Positions 1 through 13,000 of a DNA stretch of 64,000 nt are shown here, piece by piece. Each line of letters opens with the position of its first letter. Position 1 is the first letter of the stretch. A program made the position numbers and the translations under genes. Source of the DNA: Hydrolagus colliei (lineage: Eukaryota); contig CM068746.1 in assembly GCA_035084275.1 (NCBI GenBank), positions 37,572,001-37,636,000 of the forward strand, read 5' to 3'. The notes beneath the pieces were generated by a model. The model saw only the letters and a program-made list of their open reading frames with translations, made no database searches and was not told the DNA's origin.

Positions 1-1139
1 TTAGGCAATGGTTACTATGGTTACTATCACTTAGCGGTTCAACTACTTCTATTCTCTGAATAGTATCTAGGTCACCGATGTGAGGTGACCTAGGTACGAG
101 GAACCTGAGGAAAAAGTCCTTGAATCAGGAAGCAGTCATGCACCACACTGACACATTCGGAGTCCTTCCCATTTAGACATTCCCATTTTGTGTTATGTAG
201 GCTGTTTAAAGCTCACCATCAGCAGGTACTTTTCTCAATCGTGCTCTACCTACTTTGGTTTGATTATCTGCCAAAAAAAAACACAGTTTGGGCTTTTTTT
301 TGATTAAACCCATCAAACCACAGAAACCGGTAATTCCTCAATGCACATTCTGCGCTCCCCAAGGGTTGGTATCTAACACTCTCAGTATTAGGTGAGCAGC
401 AGGCAACCCTCTGGGGAGAGAGTGCACATTCCAATAAATCTCAGGAATTTCCATATATCGGTAGGGTGCATAGTGATGGGTTACATTCACTTAATCATCC
501 TGGTTTTGCTAGAGCTCTTGTGTATCTACCACACCAGTAGTTCTAATATATTTATTTAATTATGATCTGTGCTCTTGTAACCTTTTTACCTGATTCCTAG
601 AATTTATGTGGGTCTTTCTCTGATTGTTTTGCTATTCATTGCCCGTAAAAATGTGCATTTCCATCACACAAAGTTAAAGTTTGTAAACCACTTCAAAATG
701 TTTAGTTTTATATGAAAGCCATGACATGAATCAAAGTTATTATTATTGATTTCCTTTTGTCTGTTCTGTAAACTCTAAACTCTAATCTTTCCAATCTCCT
801 CCGGGTCAATTACAGGGCTCAGCTCATTCTTAGGTATCAAAGCATTCCCCTCCAAATCAAGCTTGGTTTAATTCCAATTCATATCTGTATGTTTGAATGG
901 TAGGTCGAATATTTTACCAAGTACAAATTGAAATCGGGCATTAATACAAATATTACAGCCACAAGTGGTGAGCTACATTGCATTCAGTCAAATTAAACTA
1001 CCAGCGCTCGAAGATGCTGCCTGCCATGAGGAGAGCTAGATGAAAGTAAAAATCTGATTTGTATAAATCCTAGAATTGCCTAAATCGAACATCTGCAAAT
1101 CCCAATCGAGAGTTAACTCTCCACTCAAGTTTGAAATGT

Positions 1140-1448
1140 GCAGTGCTGTTGTGTACTGGTTGGCACCTTCATCTCATAAGCCAGAGGACCCGGGTTTGAT
1201 TTCAAGGTAGGAGGAAACATTAAACAAATTTCCTTACTGCACAACTCCTCTGTTTACCTAGAAGTAAGTAGGAACTCGGGTGTTAATCGATTGCTTTTCC
1301 GGGAGTGCAAAAATTGTGTGGAATTTGCGGCTATGTTTCAACACAAAATAAATGGTTAATTCACTTTGGGGTATATTCTGTGAAGCGCTTTGAGATGTCT
1401 CGAACAAGTGATAAGGCACTATGTCAAATACAAGGAATATCATATTAT
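1140..1448 (+). mobile_element. tRNA-derived SINE, family A (SINE2-1_CM-like), diverged full-length copy
   Basis: Degenerate A/B boxes (gggtttgatttc), body cctctgtttacctagaagtaagtaggaac, tail tgtgaagcgctttgagatgtctcg...gcactatgtcaaatacaagg. Family name from memory. Confidence 0.8.
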
Positions 1449-1546
1449 AACTCATACTTTGCATAAATTATATTAAAAGTATGGTCCCAACTGTGAGGTT
1501 TTGAAAGTAATTTACCGTGCCATAACTGCAGTGAATTAAAGTTTAC

Positions 1547-1698
1547 CTTTACAATAGTCAGCTGGATCCTCCTGCTCTTCATCATCGGACCCTAGGATTT
1601 CCTCCTCCGGTTCCGGTGGAACAGGCTCTGGTGGAGGAGGTGGAGGTGGTGGTGGAGGAGGAGGAGGAACAGCGGGAGCTTTTTGTTGAGGCTCTGGC
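1547..1698 (-). CDS. SRPK2: SRSF protein kinase 2, internal coding exon (poly-Pro/acidic N-terminal region)
   Basis: Translates (R)PEPQQKAPAV-P13-EPVPPEPEEEILGSDDEEQEDPADYCK(G), matching the SRPK2 N-terminus as I recall it. Acceptor ctctctccttccAG at 1700-1699, donor GTAAAC at 1546. 152 nt, phase 2 in and phase 1 out. Confidence 0.96.
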
Positions 1699-4600
1699 CT
1701 GGAAGGAGAGAGGGAACATGTAGAGAAAATGATCATGCATCACAGATAATAATGTTCTGTTATCCAAATCATTCAAAATTAATTGCCGGTCACAAAAGCA
1801 TTTTCACAAAAACATTTTTTTTTCAGCTTTTCTGATGGTCAGTGGATAGCAACGCAGGGCAGCGTTCCAGAGCAATAAATGAAACATATGGTTTGGTGCT
1901 GAGCTAAAGAAACCAAGGAGGACCCTGATTTGATTCCTCACCAGTTCCGATCTCATAGCTATAATTGGGTTCAGTTTCTCCAATCTATGGAAGCAAAAAA
2001 GGAAATTCATTCAAGCTTCCTTCTGATCATTATCTCGTGACCCCCTGGTGAAAAATTGGCAAGTTGACCGTAGGTGAGGGAATCTACCTGATTCTGGCAT
2101 TAATTGAATTATACATTGGCCACAAGTTATATAAGACACTGCAACCCACATGGAAGACCAAATTGAGGAAGAGCTGTTTCAAGAGTTCAAGGAAACAAAA
2201 TTCATTCATTACATAGGCTTATGTGCTATTGTAAGGCAGAAAGAAAAGAACAACAACAAAATTACATTTGTTGTAGCAACTTTCACGTGGAAAGGACAAT
2301 CCATACAGTAAACACTCAGAGATCTTCGTTGTTCATTAAGGGGGAAGACAACAGCAATAGCAAGGCAGATGGCTCTCCATCAGAAGAGAGACTATCTGTG
2401 ACTCACCCAACTCCAAAAGGGCCAATTAAAAGTGACATTCAAAGATATCTGCAAGAATGCTGAGACTAAATTCTCTCTCTCACTGGGGCATGGTTTATGT
2501 CGCAAACCCTTTCACGGGGGGGGGGGGGGGGGAGGAGGGATCAAGGGAAGGGGGTTTGAAGAAAAACAGTTGTTCCATTCAAAAAAGTACCTCACATATC
2601 CTCCTCCCCTGCCCCCCCACCCCACCCCATCAAAGTGATCACACGTGAACACCGGAATGCAATTAACAGCTTGGTTACATCTTTGTCTCTGAAATGTCAC
2701 AAATAATTTACTCTGGTGACATTGTGAAAATATGCAACAGATGTTTATAGCTCACACGATGAGCTGCATGCAGGAACACTACTGGGAAACCAAATTTAAA
2801 TGAATCCAGTAAAGCATTTAGGCAATGTCACCACAGGCTCTATTGGAGACACAGCTGAATGCAGCATACATACTCTCAATAAGTCCATTTTAATCAGAGG
2901 ACAGTGAATAATACAACAAAATGCAAACATATTGATGGTTTCTGCAGCCTGTTTGGTCATGTAATTCGGAGGCTGCAGCTGAAGATGACATGGATGATTG
3001 TTGAGCTGAACAACCATTTTACAAACAGAAAAACATAATGCATTAGAAAATCAAAGAAAGATGCTGAAGCTAAAATGTCAGCCTGTACCCACCCCCTACC
3101 ATCCACCCCGTGCCCCACCGCCTAAACACACACACACACACGCACACTTTCATCACACCGTAGCTATAAGTGTACGGAAAGAGATGAACCTTTTCTACCA
3201 TAATAATTAAAAGTAAAAGATAAACTGCAACCATCAAACATGTCTTGCCGTACAGTGGCAGGTTACCATAGAGACAGATTTCGTATTTGCACATAACTGT
3301 TCAGGGATTGCTCGACAATATGGTCATCACTGCCAGTGCAGCAGAATAAACCTGGAATTATATGGAGTCAGGAACACAACAGTGCATTTTAAATTATTAG
3401 AACCAAGGCCCAAACACAATTCCAATAGCGTTCTTGACCCCCCCCCCTTTCCATTTAAACTACATTTTACTAACAATAATGTAATTGCCTCACAATTTTA
3501 TCTATCTGCACACATTTCATTTTCCAGGAATTCTTTTTGACTGGCAAATGTATGAAGTCAGGCTGTGCGCACAATTAATTCTATATAAGAATTGATTTAA
3601 TAGACTTTTTTTTAAAAAAACTGTGGCTTCATTATAGTTTGCAGAAGCTAATGCATTAAAAAAATCACTCAAGTTTCCAAACCATAATCTATTTGCTTAT
3701 AATCATAAAAAGTCCAATGAGTGAACTCTATAATGGATTGTGACATTATTGACTGAATTACACCAAAGCCCTAAGGTGGTTTTAAACAGTTTGTTGAATA
3801 TTCATATCATAACCCTAGAGATCCGTAAAGCCAAGTGACAGTCCCTCTGCTGTTAAGGCTATATAAAGCAGGCATCCAGATTGAAGCTGGTATTTTCTCC
3901 TCTGAACAGATTGTCTCAGGTTATTTTAAACCATGATTTCCAGCCAATCTGACACAAATCATTTCACAGTAAATAAGAACATTTGACTTGTTCGGCACAG
4001 GTAATATATTATGATCTCAACTTGGTGACGCTGATTGGGTAATTTATGAGCGACAAAGTTGTCGATACAATTCTGAAGAATTCCATGTGTGAAGTTATTT
4101 GTCATCCAAGGGCTTGGTTTTGATTCGTACATTTAAATTTATTTTTAATTTACGACGGATAAAGAAATGTAGATTTGTGCAACATAAATGTTAAAGGTGT
4201 GTGATACTAAATTGTTAGATTTCACACGTCGGACATTCTTGTTCTAACAAAATTTTGATGCATTTACAGAGGAAAGGTCACAGTATTTAAAGGTTCAGCT
4301 TCATCTGTTTTGTTGAAATGGTCAGTCAAGAAGAATGCAAGGTTAAGTTCATAAACCTGTATCTTTGCACTTTATCATGTGGTCACAACCAATTGCACTG
4401 TTTATTTAAACAAAATAACATCCTTTCACTTCACTCCTTTGATCAAATGAAAAACAACCATTTTGTAAAACTTAATATAGCAGATGATGTGTGATAGGCT
4501 GCTTTAAAATGCATTCCATCAAAACATCCGGACAGATTATTTTTCCCCAAAAAAACTATCCCAACATGCTGCAAGCTTGGCACATGAAGATACATGTGCA

Positions 4601-5094
4601 GAGATGTTACATAAAGTGATATAACACATTAAGACTCTGCCTGCAGCGACTTCTCTGTGAATTCACTACTTGAATAAATGCTGGATTAGTTGAATGCCCT
4701 CCATCTAATGAACCAAATGCTTCAAAATACATGCAACTAAAATGTAGAGCTACATGCATCAAACGTCTGAAAAATGCACAAAAAAAACTGTTACAGCTGA
4801 ATACTCTATCATACACAGTGTGTTTGAACAGCATACTTCAAGACATTTTTCCTGCATCCTGTACTTAACGGGTGACAAACTGACATTCCATTGAACAAGT
4901 CCTATCAAGTGATCTATGTTTTACACTCAATACATCCTGGATGGATATGATCCAGCTTTCAACTGAAACTTTAATAAAAGCATATGTCAGTGCTGCTTGT
5001 TGTTTAACCTCATTTGCCTTTTTCAAACCCAGACCCAAACAATGGGTGCGCAGTTCTACATTTCACAGCAAAGCAGCTAAGGACCCTGACGTAG

Positions 5095-5370
5095 GGTTAT
5101 TGTCCCAAAGCAATTGACAGTGATAGAGCACGGCTGCTTGCTGGGGGAAGGGGAAGATGACTGTAGGTACGGTCGAAGAGAGGCTTCTTCAGGTGCGATT
5201 TGAACATGGGGAAGGAGGGGGCAAGGTGCAGGGACAGAGGAAGAGTGTACAAGAGTTTTGGGGTGTTAGTGGCTGAAAACATGTCCATGGATGGTGAAAC
5301 AGACGAAGGGGCATGAGGGACATGCAGGGTTCCGGAGCCAGTCGAGCGGAGGCAGCGGGTAGTTCAAACA
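5095..5370 (-). mobile_element. Old L2 LINE 3' fragment
   Basis: Reverse strand resembles the L2 ORF2 C-terminus (...PMFKSHLKKPLFDRTY), like other copies in the window. Confidence 0.65.
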
Positions 5371-6140
5371 TGCCATTAGCACATACCGTACTTTCAATAT
5401 AAGTGTGTAAGCAGGGCATCCAGTATTTAATACATAGGTCACCAGGACACAAAACTGTCAGGGTTGTAAGAAAAACTGCAATATCAGAGATGGAGTTTAT
5501 TAATATCTATGTTCATTTTTAAATTGCAGGATTTTCCTATACAACTGTGAGCACACTCAAAACAGTGTTGCTTCAATATATTCCGAACTTTAGCTTTTAC
5601 AGATTATGGTACTGTATTATACTAGTTAGCATTACAGTTTAAAATAGACGATTCAAATAATTTTAATTTGCAGCTGTGAATATTTAAATAAAAGTCTAAT
5701 AGCTACAGAAATTGAAAGTTAATATGAACTATAACCCGATATTCAAGCACAACTTCTGACCACTTGATAATAATGTTTGACTTAATATAGAGCCTTATTA
5801 CAGCATTAGATGTCTCAAAGCATTTCACAGAACATACAGCCAATTGACCATATTTTGTCGGCGAAATGCGAAATGTGCCAGCCATTTAATTTGATTTAAT
5901 TTATTTAAATAGAGGTGATCAAGAAAATAAAGTCACACACAAATACTAATATGCATGAAGGAATTATGTACACACTGCAATGGTACCATACATTCTATAG
6001 ATTTGCAGAACGAGCAACCATAGCAAGTTTGTTTAGTCTTTAATTCTAACTTTTATACAGTATAGAATTAGAGATGGAAAAAGTCAGAGAGAAACAGAAA
6101 ACTAGAGTGAGAAGGAGAAGAAAAGTCAGAATGAGAAAAA

Positions 6141-6395
6141 CAGAGAGAGAGGAGGGCTAGCAATAACAATATAACAGAGAGAGAGAGGAGGGCTAGCAAT
6201 AACAATATAACAGAGAGAGAGAGGAGGGCTAGCAATAACAATATAACAGAGAGAGAGAGGAGGGCTAGCAATAACAATATAACAGAGAGAGAGAGAGGAG
6301 GGCTAGCAATAACAATATAACAGAGAGAGAGAGAGGAGGGCTAGCAATAACAATATAACAGAGAGAGAGAGGAGGGCGAACAATAACAATATAAC
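6141..6395. repeat. Minisatellite, 7 copies of a 36-38 bp unit
   Basis: Unit (ga)n-ggagggctagcaataacaatataaca. Copies differ only in GA number except the last. Confidence 0.95.
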
Positions 6396-6479
6396 TCCTG
6401 TTGAAATACTCTTTCAGTTAGCACTATAGCCAATTTGTGTTTTGCCTGATGCAAGTAATAATAAATCTTAAATTTGGTA

Positions 6480-6580
6480 GCAACAACAACAACAAAATTA
6501 CATTATAAAGCGCCTTTCACGTCGGGAAGACGTGAAAGGCGCTGAACAATTAGGTCGGGGCCCAAGCGGGGAAGGGTGGG
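6480..6580 (-). mobile_element. L2 family-1 3' tail stub
   Basis: (caa)n tail plus agcgcctttcacgtcggg, as in the longer copies at 54665 and 63225. Confidence 0.8.
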
Positions 6581-8044
6581 GGGGTGGTGGGGGGGGAAAG
6601 CATGTCTTTAATGTCAGCAGGCCATCTCAAAGAGCATCACATTATTTTGGATAACTGTTCAAATATAAACTCACAGTTTCAATCTATTATTCAACCAATG
6701 CTTGCATCTCACAAGCAAGATTGCACTTCCAAATTAATTAAGCAAATTATTATATACACCATAGAGATTCGAATGAGAGCTGCAAAACAACAACAACATT
6801 ATATTATAATCAGTATAGCTGGATGGCAGAAAAGAATACAGATGAAATATTATCTGTATATAACCCCATGTAGGAGAGGGAGGGGAACAATTAAATCTAC
6901 AGGAACCAGTATAAACTAAACCCAATTATGAAGAGTGTAGACATGAGAAGGTTTCACATACCTATCAAATGCTTCAATATTGTACTAAGATTCAATTTAG
7001 ATTTGTTTCATTGACAAGTTACATTTTTAGTTGAAAATAAAAAGAATGTTATTCCTAACAAATTCTTGATCAATGGTAAACACACAGTGATCTTTGTCCA
7101 GCATGCCTGCAAAGTTGGACAAGTCGACAACTTGATCTCCAAATTTCACTGATGAAGCAACTTGCTAGTCAAACATTAACAATGCTTCAAACTGCTGGAC
7201 TTTGCCAGATGTGTCTCTTTTGATCTATTTTTTAGGACCACAGAACCTATTTACCTGCCTCTATTTCCATTTTATTCACCTTAGAATTGTGAAGAGTTGA
7301 GCGGACCCAACAAGGTTTGAATTCAACACCTTCTAATCCTTGTGTTCCTACGGTGAGCTATGTGAAATGTTCCAACAACTGCTTTAACAGTCATTTCAAG
7401 TCATTTCGAAGCAATATATCTGAACAAATTATCCAGTAATCCACTTGAAGGAATTACCCAGTATGGGGTATGACATCTGACTGTACTATTCACCCTAAAC
7501 CCATCCTTCAATCAGGAAAGAGTTAAGTGAATATCACAAGCAAGAAACAAGAATACCTGCAAGTAATCTTAGACTAGAAGGTGGTAAAGAACTCTCTAGA
7601 GAGGATTCACATGAATTGAAATGTGACCTGAATCACTGTGCAGTGAAATAGCACTTAATAACAGTAGAGATTGGCTATGACAGCAGTATTCAGAGAGGGC
7701 GCAGGTTTAAGATTTTCTTTGGATTTTCTTCTCATAATCTTCCAGTGTCCAGTGAAACCATTTCAGGTCCAAACGCATGATTCTGCAGACACTGTCTGCC
7801 TCAGGGTTCCGAGTCAGACTCTATTTTTGTTAAAACTTGATCCCGTGTTTCGTGGCCAAGCACCAAATATAATGCCTGGTTAAGCTATGGTTCTTCAACA
7901 ATGAAGAAGACATCACAAAGTCGACTTTCTATAGGTAGATTCATGCAAAATGGAGTAGAGAAAAGGAGCCAATTGCAATACTGTCAGATATACTATTTAT
8001 AATAACAATTACATTTACAATAGATTTTCATATGTATTATTTAT

Positions 8045-8228
8045 AAAAATACTTTGGGCATTCAATCCACGACTGTTTGTGGGACACTGCTGGGCACAAT
8101 TGGCTGCTGCATTTCGCCTACAAAATATACAGTCAGTTCACTTTACAGTATATTCTGTGAAGCACTTTGAGACATCTCGAAGGTGTGATAAGGTGCTGTA
8201 TCAAATGCAAGGATTATTATTTATTATA
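8045..8228 (+). mobile_element. SINE family A 3' half
   Basis: caatccacgactgtttgtgggacactgctg...gctgtatcaaatgcaaggattattatt. Similar 3'-only copies near 5770, 9325, 9680, 12725, 15715, 16385, 17410, 18085, 25670, 30100, 32220, 37345, 41000, 57430, 58915, 60048. Confidence 0.85.
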
Positions 8229-9779
8229 CTGAGGGAGTGGGATAATGGCACGCAGGTTCGGGGCAGTGAATCTTTAGAACATCTACCAGGAAGTATTTCT
8301 TCAAACAGAGGGTAATAGACAGTTACCACTGGTTACTAGGAAGGGTAGCCAAGATCAGAACACTTAACGTATTTAATAAGCAATGTGACGCCATATTGGG
8401 TTGGTATTCTGGAAATATGAGATCAAATAAACCAAAGCATAATTTTCATCCATATCCCTCTTGTGATGATATGAACAGAATGTGTGAATGAGAGCAGATG
8501 CTACATCAAATTGCATCCAGAAACTCGTCTGTAAACTGGCAGCAAATGAACATTGCTCCTGTGATCACTCAATTCTGAGATTTAAAGCCAAAGGTCAAAA
8601 AATAAATGTTTACAAGCTAACCTGGGTCAAATGAGACGCATTCTGAATCTTGCAGGAAATGGGTGCGGTGCTTAGTTGTCTGATTTTGGAGTCACTGAAG
8701 CTGTAGAAGAGGACTTGAAGAAAGCAAAAGGGAACAAAAAACTTAATGCTGGAAATTTATATATTTATTTTACTCCGTTATCAAGATGTCTCAAAGCACT
8801 TCATGGGATTTTACTGCGAAGGGCACTGATTGTGTGCTTCGTAGGTGAACAGCTAACCCAATATACTTAGTGAATCAAAGGCTTCAGAATATATATCGAT
8901 TATTAACCCTCATTGAAAGAATATACTGTAGTCCAAAATTCTAGAAGTATAGTTTTAGACCACCTGGAACATCAGAAAGCAAGAAATGATGGGAAAAGAA
9001 AGTAATTTGGCCCACTAAACTCACCCTTCCACAGATCAGCCCAAACTACTCTTTCCAGAATGTCACTGCACCTACTCGATCTCCTGAGAGAATGTTCTAC
9101 TTTAGTACTCCCTGATCCTTCCCCCAAATAACCAAACAAAAATTCCAGAATATTCATCCATCTCCACTACTCAACCCTTGAGTGCTTCTAACCCATTCCC
9201 AGCAGTAGATACATAATTGTGTTAAGACTCAGTTTTTCAGCTCAGTCAATATCATTTCCAAACAAATCCATATTAAAGCATTTTTCAAAAGTTGGAACTC
9301 AAAGCATAGCCTAAATTTGTTAGAAATAATAATAATCCTTTCATTTGATATAGCACATTGCCAAGTGTTTGAGACGTCTCAAAGCGCAGCACAGAAGATA
9401 TTGTAAAGCAAATTGGTTGTATATTTGTATATAGGCATTCATAAAATCCTGACCTGACTGGGAAAATTCACATCATAGAAGCGATCAGCTCAATCTGGGA
9501 TGTGTCAAAACAGGAAGGGAGCTGCTAAATTGGCAGACGAGAGCATACTTGTCACTGTTGACAGCTCATTCAACAATAACAACTTTCATTTTTAAAATCG
9601 CCCTTCACGCAGGATAGCGTCCCAAGGTAGGATTCATAGTACTATGCAAATCTAAGGGTTTAAGGCGAATGGGCAAATCATCATCATTTGATATAGCACT
9701 TTTCACATCTTCTAGATGTCTCAAAGCGCTTCACAGAATAAAGTGAATTGACTTGTATATATGTGGTTATGAAAATGGT

Positions 9780-10060
9780 TGAAAGAAATGGTAAATGAGT
9801 TTAGTTGGCTGGAATAGCTGTTTGATAAAGGGAAACCGAGGATAATTGTGAATGGAAAAATCTATCTTTGATGGTAGTGACTAGCAGAGATCACAGGGAT
9901 CATTTTTGGAGTCTGTGCTGTTCGTACTATCCATAAATTGAGCATTGAGCAAGGAGTAATTTACTTCTTGCAGAATTATAAAAATTGCCTATGAAGAACA
10001 ACTGAGCAGAACAAAATAAACAGCACTAAGAAATATCATCATCCATTAAACAGACCACAG
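9780..10060 (+). mobile_element. Highly degraded CR1 RT fragment
   Basis: gtgactagcagagatcacagggatcatttttggagtctgtgctgttc resembles the CR1 VTSGVPQGSVLGPLLF segment. Confidence 0.45.
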
Positions 10061-13000
10061 ACAATGAAAGAATACCCAGTAGCAAAGGCAAAGAACAAAA
10101 ATAATTTAAGTCATACTTTCTTTTCATTTTCAAAATCACACCTACGTACATGGTAAGAGTAGAGGTGGTGAGTTCCCAGGATGGACTAGTATCATCCTGT
10201 AAATGCTGGTAGGAGTACCTGACAACAGAATGTGTTGGCCAAGCTTGCTGCTATTTTTACATATAACCAGGCAATGATCAGATATACTGTATGGGGGTGG
10301 GAGTGGGCATCAAAGGAAAACTATTGCTACATAATCAGGCTTCTAATGTATTGCACAACTAAGGCCAGCTCTTTCACTTGAAATGCAGCTGAAAATACTG
10401 CTACAGAACTGGCATATAAAAATTCCCCCAGTCATATTGTAAATCAATTCTACACAACCTATTGATTCCCTACACAAAATCTATCACAAAGGTTCAGAGA
10501 ACAACATGTTATACATTCCATGTATAACTTGTCAGAAAAATAACCCTAACTCATGAGTTTGTAACCAACAGTAATAATGGCACAGACAATTTTCCATTGG
10601 TCATTCAATCCTGCCATGAAAAAGACTTCTTAATGAAAGGTTTAAAACATGATGATTGATTTGGTCCATTTTAAAGCTGGTCCGAATTCATTTAACAAGA
10701 AAACAAATTCCCCTGTTAAATCCTATGCGAAGCAAGAACTATGTGTGTATAATCGAGTTCTTAGGATGTCACTTAGGACCACCCAAGGAGGATAGTCATT
10801 AATTGGTCATTTGACATCCAACAAACACAGATTTCAGTCCTCCCTAGGTGGATGGTAGATACCAGGAACTTACTGTGAACTTTCTAATGGACAACACAGC
10901 TCAGTGTGAAGTCCACAAGACCATTGGAACAGGTTTCTAACGGAGACAGGGGAAGCAGAAAATGTAATTAGTTTCAACAACAAATGAAATAGATTTCTGT
11001 TGGAAAATAGTATCTCACGATACAGTGTTTTGGGACACGACATATCAAGCGACAGCCAGGATGGTGGAAGATGAACGAGATGGACCTTGGTCTTGTTTCG
11101 CCTAGCAAATTCTTATATTCAGTGCCATCTGTCTGCACCTTAGACACATGTCCTTCCCATTGAGTGATGGTTCTACCAGTTGGAGATGCAGAGTATAAGC
11201 AACAGCTGCTTGTTTCTCTGCAGGCAATTAAGGTAGATTCCAGACGCTAAATGTAAGAACACGTTTTCACAAACTCGGACTCCAGGGAACACCTTCCAGC
11301 AGCTGTTGGCCCAAGCCTCAGTTTCCTCTCAGCAGCTATCTGGCGGACATCTGCCTTCAGAGTGGTGGGAGGACTTTTACAGTTTGCGATGTGCCAGCCA
11401 CAGTGATGTTCTTGAGGTCCAAGTCCAATGTTGTGTACTAGGCTTACTCAACACCAGCTGCTTAATCCAGGTCCTCACGTGCAGGGCCTTGGCAAATAGA
11501 CATGGCAGCTATGAAGCCGCGTCCAGTGTGCTAAGCAACAGGTCAGTGTAGGCCGGAGCCCTCCCACCCTGAAGCCGTTTCCCATGTTTGCCACAAATCC
11601 ATCTGATCCTGGACTTTGCAAATTTGCTGTAGGAAACCCCTCCACTGCAACTGCAGGAGCAGGTAAAGCAGGACTGTTTGCACTTACAAATGTGTGTTAC
11701 ATCAATTCAGGATGCAAAGCATAACAAAAACAGGGTAGGATATGTTCATGTTTACTTTGATTTGGAGCTATAAAATTGCGGAAAAACTGGTATACAGTTA
11801 TACCAAAAGTACTCCTGCAGTCTTCCCAGCACTATCAAAATACTGAAAGTCTCATTTTCAAACATTACTACTTGAGAATGGGTCAGACATGACCATATAT
11901 GACATCTGTATACTGTAAATCAGCAGTGCCCAGTCCCATACAAAACTGTAACCTGCTCACCATTTGATCCAGACAATGTAACAAAGTGTAATACTTACAC
12001 ACCATCTTCGAGGGTACAATCAGCAAATAATTAAATTGTGGCTAGTCAAAAAGTCTTAGATAATGCCAATTTTCTAGCTCTCATACACACACACACACAC
12101 ATATCTTACCCATGTCATTTTTACAACCAAAACCCCAGCACTTTGTCGGCCTTGTCTGATTACAAGGAAAAACCCACCTACACGTCCAGGCCCAACTCAT
12201 GGAAAGGGCTAGAATCCCATACTCAATAAGTTGTTGGTCGACCAGGTAGAAAGCTGAATGTGCTCTCAAATGTTGCTGAAATAAAGTGCTGCCTCACAAA
12301 GGCTAGATGCAATATGCAAAAGAAGACAAGCCTAAAAATACTTATGGAAACATAAGAGTAGAGCTCTGCACCTCAGTGTCCAGCCACAGAGCAAGAGGTA
12401 AAACAACGCTGATGTGGAACTAACCCGACCTTAATAACACGTGTTGGGAACATGATCAGTAAGGTCCACAGGGATACTTTGGTAATCCTAATTCCAGTTC
12501 ACCTGCATGGACATCATATAGAGCACAGAGCCTCCTCCGAGATCAACCACTTGCTCAACTCTTAATTGAGCACAGAACCCCTCCCCTCATATAGTTTCAC
12601 TCTTAGCAGCAAAATATTGCACGTCACTGAAGCAGAACAACTCAACAGCACCACAACAATCATGTGAGCCAAATGCCTAAGGAACATCTGTAAATCAGAA
12701 TATGTGATGCATAGGCTGCTCTTGATAATAATAATCTTTGCATTTGATACAGTTCCTTATCACATCTTCTAGATGTCTCAAAGCTCTTCACAGAACTTCC
12801 TGTAAAGTGAATTGACTGTATATTTTGTGGCCAAAACACTCCTGTTATACTAGCAGAAGTGGTGGCCTTTTTACAGGATCATTCTGCTCTTGAAACCTGT
12901 CCCTCTAAGCTGTACCAAGAGCCAAAATGAATGATAAGATTTTTCCCAAACTCCTTCTCTCTCCCCCCCACCCACCACCCCACCACACACCCCGCAACAC

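Noticed and set aside
100-140. Hammerhead ribozyme core (ctgagga)
   Set aside because: No stem II followed by GAAA and no compatible cleavage-site helix.
1536-1736. 66-aa ORF as a standalone gene
   Set aside because: Only 1547-1698 is exon. The ATG and stop lie in intron beyond canonical splice sites.
2516-2540. Poly-G/C runs (also 19306-19327, 35394-35411) as functional G4 elements
   Set aside because: Simple homopolymers with unreliable length and no supporting context.
6068-6277. Leu-rich repeat ORF resembling a membrane or signal peptide
   Set aside because: Translation of the 36-bp minisatellite.
6141-6395. CRISPR-like regular repeat
   Set aside because: No unique spacers and no cas genes; vertebrate intron.
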